This document shows positions 11,990 to 23,850 of a stretch of 64,000 nt of DNA, piece after piece. The number at the start of each line of letters is the position of its first letter. Position 1 is the first letter of the stretch. Source of the DNA: Octopus sinensis (taxonomy: Eukaryota); NCBI RefSeq assembly GCF_006345805.1, contig NC_043001.1:34162001-34226000 (forward strand), given 5' to 3'. Under the pieces are notes generated by a model. That model was not told the origin of the DNA and ran no database searches. It worked only from the letters and a program-made list of their open reading frames with translations. Both the position numbers and the translations under genes were made by a program.

Positions 11990-12329
11990 CGTGTTTGTAT
12001 GACCTTGTTTCGCAGAGACTTGTTTTTCTGCATTTGATTCTCTCGAATTAGTGAACTGGCTTCCGAACTGGCGATGCTCCATGGTCTTCGGGCGTGACTG
12101 GACTGTTTTTGGTTAATCATGCGAGACATTTGATAGTACATAACAGTTAGGTTGTCTAACTGTTTCTTCATTTCATCAACACTTTTTATTTGGTCCGCTG
12201 CATTTTTCTTAAACGGTGGTTGCATTCTCACGCGATCAGCATCACTTTCAAGTGACTCTACCGTCAAAATAGTGTCATCGATGTCAAAAGACATGCTGCC
12301 GTCATCAGTAAAAGTTTCCTTGATATCGC
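11990..12329 (-). CDS. Host gene exon
   Basis: gataatattccag|GC GAT ATC AAG...ACA CG|gtaggt. Reads DIKETFTDDGSMSFDIDD...KSVDEMKKQLDNLTVMYYQMSRMIN...NKVIQT; phase 1 to 2; 340 nt. Confidence 0.85.
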
Positions 12330-12377
12330 CTGGAATATTATCAAAATATTAAAAAGCGCATTTATTATTATCATTAT

Positions 12378-12810
12378 CCAGTAGTTTTATTTTTATAGCG
12401 TGCTTTCACTTCACTACCGAGCACAGCTCTGTGTGCCTTGGGTATGTGCTGTGATTTGTTGTGATGCTCTGATGGTTATTGTATGGAAAGTGTTCTGCGT
12501 AGGATGTGTGCACTGCCTAGTAGTGCAATTTTCTGTATGTTATATGTGTTTGTAAGTCCTGGTGTTTTTGTTATGTATTTGTCTGAATATTTTTTTATCA
12601 TGCCTAATGCACCTACTATGATAGGAATTGTTTCTGTTTTCAGATTCCACATTCTAGTTACCTCTATTTCCAGGTCTTTGTATTTTGAGAGTTTCTCCAT
12701 TTCTTTTAGAGACACGTTGTCATCAGCCGGTATTGATACATCAATTAGAAAGCATTTTTTTTCTTCATGATCTCTGACAACTATATCTGGTCTGTTGGCC
12801 TTAATTTCTC

Positions 12811-12811
<1 letters not shown>
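12378..12811 (-). mobile_element. 5'-truncated R4/Dong element (RLE C-terminus + 3' UTR), second subfamily
   Basis: REIKANRPDIVVRDHEEKKCFLIDVSIPADDNVSLKEMEKLSKYKDLEIEVTRMW...ILRRTLSIQ*; PD..D...K RLE motif, still open; flanked by (TAA)n. Confidence 0.9.
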
Positions 12812-12847
<36 letters not shown>

Positions 12848-13275
12848 GTTATTATTATTATTATTAGTATTATTGAGTGAGAGAGCAGTACATGCCAACA
12901 ATGTGTTCTATTCTTTGTATAAGTCTAAGGTTTGTGGCTAACTGAGATAAGGTTGGACAATTGTCATGCTGATGAAGGCTATTGATGGAGAGGAGGGATA
13001 GTGAGAGACGAAAGAAAAAAGACAAGAAACAGGGTGGAGAGAGACTTCTTTAATGCTACCGAATAAATAAACTGATAGTTGAGAGGCAGGAAAAATGGAG
13101 AAGATTTAAATTGAGGGACCATTAACTAAAGCACGCTTGTAGAGGAACAGTAGTGAAAGCGAAGATTCATCGACAGGAGCGCTGCTGTGAACTTTAACAA
13201 AAGGAAGAAGGAAGAGGTAAGAGCAAACGAAGGGGAAAATATAATGTAGTTTGCCAAAACGAAAACAAGTCTTAC

Positions 13276-13710
13276 CATTTCGTCGAAATCTTCGAAGAAA
13301 AAATTGAGGTATTTGCAGTTTGGGAACGTTCTTAAGCGACTCCGAGCTATCAAATTTGGCAGTTGGTATTTGTTGCTTCTGTGATATCCCGACAACTGAA
13401 TTTTTTGATAAATGACTAACGGCTGTTGATGTTGTTGTTGCTGTCGTTGTTATTGCTGTTGTATGCATTGACGGTTCATTTGCAACATCATCAACACAGT
13501 TAGTTTCCGTAATTGCAGATCCTGTTTCGGAGACGTCGCTACTGCTTGCACTTGACGACATGTGTGGATGAGGTCGTTGGGCCGAATGCAGAGATGAACG
13601 TTCACTCATGCTAGCAGTTACTGAATAATCGAAAATACTGTCATTGATATCCAGCATTGTCTGGTGAGAATCTTCGGTTTGGTAAGCTCGGTTTATTTGA
13701 CCATGATTTC
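13276..13710 (-). CDS. Host gene exon (Ser/Thr-rich, disordered)
   Basis: ttttatttcataaag|GA AAT CAT...CGA AAT G|gtaaga; phase 1 to 1; 435 nt open. The acceptor position is the less certain end. Confidence 0.75.
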
Positions 13711-14313
13711 CTTTATGAAATAAAAAGGACATATTTTTGAAACCAAAGTCCATAAAGAATTATTAAGGGCCATAAAATCATTTGCTGTAGGGGAGAGACC
13801 ATTACTCATTAGTCGTTGGTAAGGTAAAAATCATAACTCATTACTAGTAAGAGGGTATCTTCGTGTAATGTATCTGATGCAAGTCAGCTTTGTGGCTAGC
13901 TCCCATCTATCCTACTCCTAACTTCATCCACTGGAGAATTGGCATTCAACATCATAAGCTAAGAAAACATTCTGCTGCCTATTGCAATAATCTTCCCATC
14001 TTCTTGGTTTATAGTTGTATATGTTGCATGATATATAAGGATTTTTAGTGTAATAAGATAAAAAACCATTAGAGCATTTATAGATAGAAGGTTTTACAGC
14101 TATAAGACCCTCTATCTATAAATGGTCTAATATCTACACAGCCTTGGTTTTTTACCTTATTACGAAAAAAATTCTTATATACACCCGCTGACATAGAACC
14201 AACGTTGAACACTTTATTCGGAATATTACCGAATCTGGAACTTAACTATTGTCTGTCTATTACCTGAAACCTTTGGGTCTCAATGACACCATTATCTCTT
14301 ATATATATATATA

Positions 14314-14372
<59 letters not shown>

Positions 14373-15080
14373 TTTATTTTAAGCAGCGGAAAATTCAACA
14401 AAATCTGTTACTCTGAGTTTCTCGTTGCCGTTCATCAGACAGTTTTTGTTAGAATGGAACTTATATATTAATTCAATCTATACTCTTAAAACGCTACACC
14501 TTACACTTTAAAAAGAAATGGACTTGTTTGATTGGCCCTTTAGAAAAAACGGTCAATCTTCGAGCGATAAACAAAAAGGTCAAAAATATATGTATATATA
14601 TATATAAAAAAAACTTATAAAAATTATAAAATCCGAGGAAAAAACCGAGGAAAAAACCTATTGCCGTTAATGAAGACAGTACAAATTAATGCATAGAAAT
14701 TAAACCTGTTATAAATACTGCAATACATATTTATATTAAAATCCACATATATATATCAACATACACAAAAGGATGCGCGTAAACGCCATACATACATATA
14801 CAGACGTATGAATATGAATCTAAATTATACACATAAAAGCATGTGTACATATATTCACGCAAACCGTCTCGCACGCAAGCTAAAATTCATCTATGTAGCA
14901 ATTCTCATATACTGAGCAAGGAGGGGGAACGAAAGAAAGGGAAAGAGAGAAAAAGGAACGAAGGAGGGGTGGGGAAAAAACTTGTAGCGATATTATTGGC
15001 ATCTATAGAGGCCAGTATACATACACAAGTTTGAATTGATACATATACATACCGTCGTGTGTATGCGTGCTTAAGCACAA

Positions 15081-15123
<43 letters not shown>

Positions 15124-15668
15124 AGAAGAGACACAGGAAGGATTCAAGTTCACAGACATTTTCCCGTATTTACTATCACACAATCTGTAACCCGATCATC
15201 TCTTTATATAAAAGCCTATGTCACCTCTTATGTTAGTTGGATTCTGTTTTTCTGTCAGGTTAGAAGAAAAAATATTTGATGTGCTGAGAGGTATAAAAGA
15301 GACAGGTTAAAAGTATTTTGAAGAAAGTTTGGACTAGATTTGTAAATGGATAGGCGTGAGTGCATGTGCGAGAGAAAGAGGGGAAAGAGAAAGTGGGAGA
15401 ATCTGGGAAAAAGGGAGAGAGAGAAGTGGGGGGGGGGAGAACTACAACCAGTAGTCAGCATGTTAATGAAACTGCTATCATGCAAGCAGAGAGTGAAATA
15501 TAAGGAATAGGGAAAAGTAAGGGAGAAGAAAATGTGTGACTAAGTAATAAAGTAAGTGGAGAGAAATGGAAAGGAGTTGTACAATACAGAAAGGCAATTA
15601 GAGGGTTAACGTGATAAAATAGCAACCGTACAGACCAAAGTACTAGGAGGGGTAAAATGATTTGAATG

Positions 15669-15705
<37 letters not shown>

Positions 15706-16182
15706 TAAATGACTTAGCTCCTCCCCAAAACTTGCTGGCCTTGTGCCAAAATTTGAAACCACTATTAGACAATAGTACGTTAGTTAGCAGAAACGGAGGA
15801 TAGTGGGACCAAATAACTAACACAAATTAGTTTCATCCTTCTACCTTCTAGTTCATTTAATTTCGGGTTGCGTTGAACTTTCATCTATCTACGGTCGATA
15901 AAGTAAGATACCAGTGGTATACTGTCTCCAGTTCAATTAACTATATTCACCTTTTAAATACCAACATGATCGATATAAAATTCATCCAATTTTACATTAT
16001 TCATTACAAATTCATAGTTTCGTGCATACATGAGAGTCCATATAAAGGCTACTACACATTTTCACAATTTCTAGTTAATAAAAACATTCGTTTTTAGCGA
16101 AGCTGTTACATAGCTACTTTCACTGAGGTAATGAAATTGAAGAGCCTATATATGGACTGTACACAATACTTATACCAGTGAC

Positions 16183-16219
<37 letters not shown>

Positions 16220-16278
16220 TATAAAATATATTTATAAAAAGTGTAGGTGGCATACAAGTGGGTATATATTTATAAAAA

Positions 16279-16634
16279 AGAAGTTTGAAAACGCCACTAT
16301 ATAAGATAAATTTTAATTTTCTAAGATATTTTACATGTTTCGGTTCTTCTTGAAAAAATGAACCTTATCAAAAATATTTTTAAAAGTTAAGCGTAATAAA
16401 AAAGTTCATAATTGTTTCTTACTAGTCTCAACAGAGTCCACGTGGTGGTGTTTTGTGGGTGGGGGAGCATAATGGCTGTCTTGCGCGTTGACTAGAATCG
16501 TTAGCCACCGATTCTAGACTAGTAAGAAATAATTGTGAACTTTTTTATTACACTTAACTTTTAAAAATATTTTTGAGAAGGTTCGTTTTTTGTAAGAAAA
16601 TTAAAATTTATCTTATATAGTGGCGTTTTCAAAC

Positions 16635-16638
<4 letters not shown>
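16279..16638. repeat. Long inverted repeat (about 130-150-bp arms, about 90-bp spacer)
   Basis: agaagtttgaaaacgccactatataagataaattttaa... is mirrored by ...aaaatttatcttatatagtggcgttttcaaacttct; (AT)n tracts nearby on both sides. Confidence 0.85.
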
Positions 16639-16681
<43 letters not shown>

Positions 16682-17665
16682 CCATCCTGAAGATTTTCAG
16701 CTTGAAGAATAAATACTTTTAGACTAACAAACTGTTCTTTAAATCAAGTCGTACGTGTGGGAAATAGTAAACTGGATAAGTTCGTTTGCTGTGAGGAATA
16801 TAAGGTAGTGATACGCAAGGTGTCGAATGAGTTCTAGTGCTGGTACCGCGGGCATTTCCAGAAAATAAAGTAAAAAGATAATAATATATTCAGTGGTTGA
16901 GAATGTATTTTTATTTAGGTTACTAATTTCTCTTTTAATTGGCCCAGCGTCACTTCAGTTTCAGCTAGCATAACTCTGTTAACAAATGTAGCTTATGTTA
17001 TGAGTATAAGAAATAACGTTATGCTTATGAATACAGGCAGAAAGAAGTAAACATAATTAGTATGTTTTAATAATGTTTACAACCGACCTTTATTGGAGAT
17101 GGGCCTAACAACCATAATATTTTGAAAGTGGTTGCTCAGTTTTATACCAACGCCAAAATTACATTATGTGATGTTCATGCCTTTCTCATGGACATTAGCA
17201 AAGCAATCACGTAAATGACAGCTCATTCATATTTCCTTTATTGCCCACAAGGGGCTAAGCATAGAGGGGAGAAGCAAGGACAGCCAAAAGGATTAAGTTG
17301 GTTACATCGATCCCAATGCGTAACTGGTACTTAATTTATCGACCTCGAAAGGATGAAAGGCAAAGTCGACCTCGGCGGAATTTGAACTCAGAACGTAACG
17401 GCAGACGAAATACGGCTACGCATTTCGCCCGGCGTGCTAACGTTTCTGCCAGCTCGCCGCCTTTGTCAGTTTTAGACCAACGCCGAAATTATATTATGTA
17501 ATGTTCACGCCTTTCTCATGGACATTAGCAAAGTAATCACGTAAATGACAGATCATTCAGCTTTGACATATATTTAATTATTGGAATCAATTTCTATAAA
17601 TAATTGTTTCTATTGTTAAAATCAGTTTGCTCTTTTTTTTTTGTACAAATAAAGTGATTCATTAC

Positions 17666-17891
17666 CGATCATAGTTTTCTCAATTCGACCGTCTGTCATC
17701 AAATTTGGTGCCAATTCTCCATTTGAAGTCGAATTGTTCTGGTTATTATTTGGCGGGTAGAAGTACGAATGTTTTCGTTGGAATGTTGTGTAAGAAGCAT
17801 TTGCTACTCCTTGTTTTGTAGAAGTGTTATTTTCGTATATCACCGAAGTTCTCTGCTGGGAATGAACGTCTTCGTCATAGATTTGCTTATC
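17666..17891 (-). CDS. Host gene exon
   Basis: catttgatttcag|GAT AAG CAA...ATG ATC G|gtaatg. Reads DKQIYDEDVHSQQRTSVIYENN...GRIEKTMI; phase 0 to 1; 226 nt. Confidence 0.8.
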
Positions 17892-18827
17892 CTGAAATCA
17901 AATGCAAATATATAAATAAACAGGAACTTATAAATAATTTTTTGTTTGTTTTCGTTCCATTATTTCATTTAGGATATTGAAGGAAACGGGATTTTATTCA
18001 TTTTTTACGAGTAATAATATTATACAAATTGTGTTCGACTTCGACTATCATCTTAGAATTTTATGATCACAACGAAAATTTCTCTTTGTTGCAAAAGTAA
18101 TGTGCTGTAGAAATAATACGACGTATTGTAAGTGAAGGCGCATGGCTCAGTGGTTAGAGCGTCGAGCTTACGATCGTGAGGTTGTGAGCTCGAATCCCGG
18201 ACCGGACCAGGCTGCGGGTTGTGTTTTTGAGCAAGACAATTTATTTCACATAGCTCCAGTTCACTCAGCTGTAGAAATGAGCTGCGACGTCACAGGTGCC
18301 AAGCTGTATCCGCTGTTGCCTTTCCCTTGGATAACACTGGTGGCGTGGAGAGGGGAGGCCGGTATGCATAGGCGACTGCTGGTCTTCCATAAAACAACCT
18401 TGCCCGGACTTGTGCCTGGGTGGGTAACTTTCTAGGTGCAATCCCATGGTATGTGTCGTGACCGAAGTGGGTCTCAGATTGTAATAAACAGCAGAAATGA
18501 TGGAATTTTTAATACACCATATAGGTGACGTAATGTGCAAAAAAGCATGATGCAGTATACAAAAAAAAAAAAGAAGCAAAATACTGAGTTATCATACCCA
18601 TGATAGGATCTTTAAAGCGCTGGACTAAATGCCTGATTATTTTATTCTGCCCGTAATTAATTCATTCGAATATATTTCCCACTCAGAAAAAGTTAGCATG
18701 GCATATAAACCATAAATGTCTTGTGAATTAAAATATTATTTCTTTTATCGAAGTGATATTTTCCTGTTATGGTTTTCAAGGTCAAAATTGTAATATTTTT
18801 CTGTGACTATTTTTCTTCCGTGTTCTA

Positions 18828-19080
18828 CAGTAATTCCTCACCATATCACGATTCACCTATCACGGCTTACCTATCGCAGTTCACCTATCGCGGGTGATTA
18901 TTTAAGCTTATGTCGATTCCTCCGTGTTGTTGATTTGCATTTATAATAAAATAAATATATACAAATTATAAAAATTAAAAAAAAATATATATACAGTACA
19001 GTACTGTTTCTACTTCGCGGATTTTCACCTATAGTAGAAGGTTTTGGAACGTAGCACCTGCGATAGTCGAGGAATTACTA
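18828..19080. mobile_element. Tigger/pogo-like MITE
   Basis: TA|CAGTAATTCCTC...GAGGAATTACTA|TA, with subterminal cacctatcgc repeats. Confidence 0.7.
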
Positions 19081-19571
19081 TATTTCCGTTCACAATTTAA
19101 CCAACCGGCAGAAATAAATGAAAAAAGAGAGCAAAAAACAAACTAAACAAGAAAAAAAAACGAAGAACTTTCCCGATGGAATTTGTCTTTAATTAAATTT
19201 CATTGGATGATTTCAGTTGAATGACATTTTATCGATTTGGCCACGGTTCTACCAATGTTTTAACCTATTTTCATATTACATTACACATTTTATACATCCT
19301 TAAATCCTTAAAAATGTTTTAGCCCGAAGGCCGCGGCCATGCTGGGGTATCACCGCTGAATGAGCTACACGAAAATTCGCCTGAAGGTCGCAGACATAAA
19401 ACAAGAGCTGTAAGAAAAAAGTCCAGTTTCAATAAACAATACACACACACACACACGTCCCCCACCGCGCCAAATTTCACTCACTTGGAATTTGAGAAAA
19501 GTTATTAACAACAATGCTACTGTACGACTATCAATTAAGGTTTATAAAATCATAGAAATAACATTACTTAC

Positions 19572-19752
19572 TATGGAAGACTTTAAAGGTAATTGTACAT
19601 TATTATTGCCCGGCAATATGGTTTTCTCTGTAATTGTAGAATCTTTTCCGTATAATCTGGCGCAGGTTTTCCTCAATTCATTGTTATTTTCAAGACTTTT
19701 ATCACAGACATCAAGTGTAGTAATGGATGAAAATAAGATTAAAAAATAATTC
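19572..19752 (-). CDS. Host gene exon (acceptor either 19752 or 19695)
   Basis: Strong donor TCC ATA|gtaagt (phase 0). Open frame ...LENNNELRKTCARLYGKDSTITEKTILPGNNNVQLPLKSSI. Both candidate acceptors are phase 2, matching the upstream exon. Confidence 0.65.
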
Positions 19753-19802
19753 CTTTATTAAAATATGGAATTTGGAAGATTATATATATATAATTAGTCA
19801 CA

Positions 19803-19835
<33 letters not shown>

Positions 19836-19842
19836 CAAATTT

Positions 19843-20056
19843 TGACTGACGGTGCAGGGTAGCGCCTACATTGCTAGAAATAAGAGTTAAAACCCCTTAG
19901 AGCCGCAAAGAAGCACATGTCTATGCACTGACAGGGAAAGTAACCACCCCAAAGCGAGATCTCCCCTGTCAGTGCAAAGACATGTGCTTCTATGCGCCTC
20001 TAAGGGTTTTAACTCTTATTTCTAGCAACGTAGATGCTACACTGCACTGTCAATCA
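19843..20056. repeat. Hairpin, about 95-bp arms, about 25-nt spacer
   Basis: ...ttgctagaaataagagttaaaaccccttagag...gcactgacaggg pairs with ccctgtcagtgc...ctaagggttttaactcttatttctagcaa... Confidence 0.85.
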
Positions 20057-20225
20057 CAATTAGTGACAATTGAATTCTTCATTTTTGGTTTTATATTGAA
20101 CATAGACGCTTTCGTTATTTTATATATACATATTGTTATACTTTGGGACGGTCATATTTTCCCAATGAAACACACGCACTGTATATTCGGTCATCAATTC
20201 AGCTTTATAGTAAATATTTTTTTGT

Positions 20226-20363
20226 TTCTTTGTCAAAGATCTTTCGTCACACATCCTGTGACTTCTTCAACGACTCTTTATCCCGCGTGTCTCCTCTTGT
20301 TCTAGAGATATAGAGTCGCTGAAGCGGTCACAGGATGTGCTACGAAAGAACTTTGACAAAGAA
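20226..20363. repeat. Hairpin, about 57-bp arms
   Basis: ttctttgtcaaagatctttcgt..cacatcctgtgac pairs with gtcacaggatgtg..acgaaagaactttgacaaagaa. Confidence 0.85.
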
Positions 20364-21553
20364 AATAAAATAATAATAATAATAAAGCTGAGTGATGATC
20401 AAATCCGGGTTCAGTCTCACTGCGTGGCCCCTTGGGCAAGTGTTTTCTACTATAGTCTCGGGCCAACCAAAGCCTTGTGCGTGGAATTGGTAGACTGAAA
20501 CTGAAAGAAGACCGTCGTATATATGTGTATATGTGTATGTGTATATGTTTGTGTGTCTGTGTTTGTCCCCCACCCCATCACTTGACAACCGATGCTGGTG
20601 TGTTTACGTCCCCGTAACTTAGCGATTCGGCAAAAGGAACCGATAGAATAAGTACTAGGCTTACAAAGAATAAGTCCTGGGGTCGATGTGCTGGACTAAA
20701 GGCGGTGTTCCAGCATGGCCGCAGTCAAATGAGTGAAACAAGTAAAAGAGTAAAAGTGTAAATAAGTGCGTGTTTTTAATTGGGTAAAATATGACCACCC
20801 TCATGTATAATAATATCTGTTTCAACACGCAATTTCGCATCAAGAATCCTGCAAAAGAAATATATATATCTATATCTATCTCTATATATTACTATTATGT
20901 ATTCTAATACGATGTATATTCTCGAGTCAACACGGTAACTTCTATTCGGTTGTCATACATTTAAGAAATACTAATTAATTACACTCAAATTCCACGCTTA
21001 CATCTTAAAAAATGTATCGATACTTAAGAGAAGGTAGCCTTTTCTTTCTTTAAGAAGATTGTAAGTCTGCTCAGTCATAGTTGAATTGAAGTTTACAACA
21101 ACAACAGTAACAACAAAAACAATTAAAAATGCATATTCGCAAAATATAAGGTCCTGCTCTAAATAACATGTCGGAAAAAACGCAGGGATTCATCGGACAG
21201 TATAATTTCAGACACACGATGACTGACAATATAGCTATGGTTTGGACGTGCTGACCATAGTTCTTGGCGGCATCAGCGTTTTGCAATTGATCTTTTATCT
21301 TTTACTTGTGTCAGTCGTTAGACTACGGCCATTCTGGGGCATCGCCTTAAAGAATTTTAGTCTAGCGAATCGACCCTAGCACTTTATTTTCTTTTTAAAA
21401 GTCTGGTACTTATTGCATTTCTTTTACCGAACCGCTAGATTACGGGGAAGCAAACAGACCAACACCGGTTGTCAAGCGGTGGCGGAGACAAATATAGATA
21501 CACACACACATACACACACACATGTATATATACGGCGGGCTTCTTTCAGTTTC

Positions 21554-22184
21554 TTATCTCTTTATTGCCCACAAGGGGCTAAACATAGAGGGGACAAACA
21601 AGGACAGACAAAGGGATTAAGTCGATTACATCGACCCCAGTGCGTAACTGGTACTTATTTAATCGATCCCGAAAGGACGAAAGGCAAAATCGACCTCGGC
21701 GGAATTTGAACTTAGAACGTAGCGGCAGACGAAATACCTATTTCTTTATTACCCACAAGGGGCTAAACACAGAGGGGACAAACAAGGACAGACATAGGTA
21801 TTAAGTCGATTACATCGACCCCAGTGCGTAACTGGTACTTGATTTATCGACCCCGAAAGGATGAAAGGCAAAGTCGACCTCGGCGAAATTCGAACTCACA
21901 ACGTAACGCAGACGAAATACCGCTAAGCATTTCGCCCGGCGCGCTAACGTTTCTTATTTCTTTACTGCTCACCAGGGGCTACACACAGAGGGGACAAACA
22001 AGGGCAGACAAACGAAATAAGTCGATTACATCGACCCCAGTGCGTAACTGGTACTTATTTAATCGACCCCGAAAGGATGAAAGGCAAAGTCGACCTCGGC
22101 GGATTTGAACTCAGAACGTAACGGCAGACGAAATACCGCTAAATATTTCGCCCGGCTTGCTAACGTTTCTGCCAGCTCGCCGCC
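21554..22184 (-). mobile_element. tRNA-derived SINE family C, head-to-tail trimer inserted into a SINE B copy
   Basis: Three units of about 185-230 bp with junctions at 21738/9 and 21953/4. TTCTTTCAGTTTC is duplicated at 21541-21553 and 22185-22197. Monomers or degenerate copies at about 3040-3520, 10480-11320, 17230-17462, 30780-31000, 34530-35200, 40150-40370 and 50527-50760. Confidence 0.9.
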
Positions 22185-22401
22185 TTCTTTCAGTTTCTGT
22201 CTACCAAATCTACTCACAAGGCTTTGGTCGGTCCGAGGCTATAGCAGAAAACACTTGCTCAAGGTACCATGCAGTGGGACTGAACTCAGAACTACGTGGG
22301 TGAGAAACAAACTTCTTACTACACAGGCATACCTTGGCAATCTTTATCAACAATTATAAACACACCAAAAACTTTATTTCAAATAAATAAAGTTTTCTCA
22401 C

Positions 22402-22579
22402 CGTTGAGGTTTCCTGATAAATCTCTGACCATCATCAACACCATCAACACCACCACCACCACCTCCACCACTAACTGCAGATACCTGATTCTGATAAGGA
22501 CGAGCTATTTTAAATCTGATCGGGTACCGCTAAGCTTTCGAGGTTCCATGTTTATACTCTCGGATGATCCTCTTAAAAC
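22402..22579 (-). CDS. Host gene exon with an apparent 1-nt frameshift near 22510 (or alternative acceptor at 22529)
   Basis: Acceptor tattttagcag|, donor CAA CG|gtgaga. Phase-0 reading VLRGSSESINMEPRKLSGTRSDLK hits TAG; adding one A to the A4 run gives ...DLKIARPYQNQVSAVSGGGGGGGVDGVDDGQRFIRKPQR, ending in the phase 2 needed downstream. Confidence 0.65.
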
Positions 22580-22784
22580 CTGCTAAAATATGGAGATGTT
22601 TAATTATTTTTTGCTTTCATATTGTATATAATTTTTAAATATTAAGCTAGCAATTCATAAAAACAAAAAAGAAGCGAGAGTTTTATGTAAATTGTTGAAC
22701 TAAAGATAGAGATATGGAAGACACAAGTGGTCATATTTTCAATTTTTTACGCGTTATATATATATTTATTTTTTTGTCGCCCTT

Positions 22785-23070
22785 TTCAAGCCTAACCAGG
22801 CTCATGGGCCCGGTTTCCCAGTTTCTGTGACGCATGTGTTCCCCCCAGCTGGACGGGACACCAGTCCATCACAGCGTTATTCAAGAAACAGGGAGAGAGA
22901 GTGAGAGTAAGTTGTGGCGAAAAAGTACAACAGGGGTCACCAGCACCTCCTGCCGCAGCCTCGTGGAGCTTTTAGGTGTTTTTGCACTATAAACACACAC
23001 AACGCCTGGTTTGGGAATCGATTCCGCGATCCGCGAGTCCGCTGCTCTAACCACTGGGTTATTGCGCCTC
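22785..23070 (-). mobile_element. tRNA-derived SINE family D
   Basis: Head (rc) ggaggcgcaataacccagtggttagagcagcggactcgcgg...atcgattccc. Same head at 45262-45558 (-) with the same tail, and at 37195-37497 (-) and 4207-4435 (+, partial) with a different tail. Confidence 0.8.
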
Positions 23071-23119
23071 CACGTTATAGATTTGGTGTTCACTTTATGT
23101 ATATTGTTGAACAATAGAT

Positions 23120-23292
23120 CAGTGCTCCACAGCCTTTTTCCACTTGCGGTACACTTATTTTCTTTTGGAAATTCGGCGACACACCCGAACTAAAAATATA
23201 ACCAAAATATTATACTCAGGTTACACTGTGTCACACCTGGCGTCGTCTCGTGGCACACCAGTGTGCCGCGGAATACCGGCTGCGGAGCACTG
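23120..23292. mobile_element. hAT-type MITE
   Basis: TIR CAGTGCTCC.CAGCC / GGCTG.GGAGCACTG; 8-bp TSD caatagat / ctatagat. Confidence 0.8.
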
Positions 23293-23444
23293 CTATAGAT
23301 AGAGATATAAATTACATACATGCTCATATTATCAGTTCTTTACGCGTTCCTCATAAAACAAAGTGATAAGTTTAGTCCCAATGGCTAGCAAGTGAAACCT
23401 GTTTGTAAACATTAGGGTTAGACTCTATATTTAAGAGATGAGGA

Positions 23445-23593
23445 ATTATGTACATTATTTACATTCGTCGGATATTTGAGCTCATCTTGTTTGTTGTTCA
23501 CATAACGTTTCGGATGATATACCCTCCAGCCTTCTTTAGGTGTCTTGGGGAAATTTCGAACCTGGGTTCTCATTCCTATGGAATTTTTCGATG

Positions 23594-23637
<44 letters not shown>

Positions 23638-23691
23638 GTTATTGTTCAGGTCACTGCTTGGAATCGCTCTTAACCACTACGCCATATGCCC
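23445..23691 (-). mobile_element. SINE family E (tRNA head + (TAA)n + hammerhead-like tail), copy with a 30-nt head deletion
   Basis: rc: gggcatatggcgtagtggttaagagcg-attccaagcagtgacctgaa (TAA)n acatcgaaaaattcc...gacacCTAAAGAaggctgg...catccGAAACGTTatgtg...tgtaaataatgtacataa. Confidence 0.75.
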
Positions 23692-23764
23692 ATGGGCATA
23701 TGACGTAGTGGTTAAGAGCGCGGGCTATTAACCCCAAGATTCCGAGTTCAATTCCAAGCAGTGA

Positions 23765-23795
<31 letters not shown>

Positions 23796-23796
23796 G

Positions 23797-23845
<49 letters not shown>

Positions 23846-23850
23846 TAATA

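Noticed and set aside
20799-20848. Strong acceptor followed by ILDAKLRVETDIIIHE
   Set aside because: It enters in phase 2, but the available donors give phase 1, which is incompatible with the next exon. Cannot be excluded as a poison or alternative exon.
21554-22184. Regular repeats of about 190 bp as a CRISPR-like array
   Set aside because: The units are whole SINE copies without unique spacers, the context is eukaryotic, and there are no cas genes.
22440-22529. PIRFKIARP as the end of a PDZ domain
   Set aside because: No GLGF-type loop or other PDZ elements in the reconstructed upstream exons; a PDZ, if any, would lie in unrecognised or out-of-window exons.
22529-22534. In-frame UAG recoded to Trp by A-to-I editing (reading FKRIIREYKHGTSKA*RYPIRF)
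   Set aside because: That frame needs a phase-1 upstream intron, but the upstream exon (26460) ends in phase 0. A 1-nt indel or alternative acceptor is simpler.
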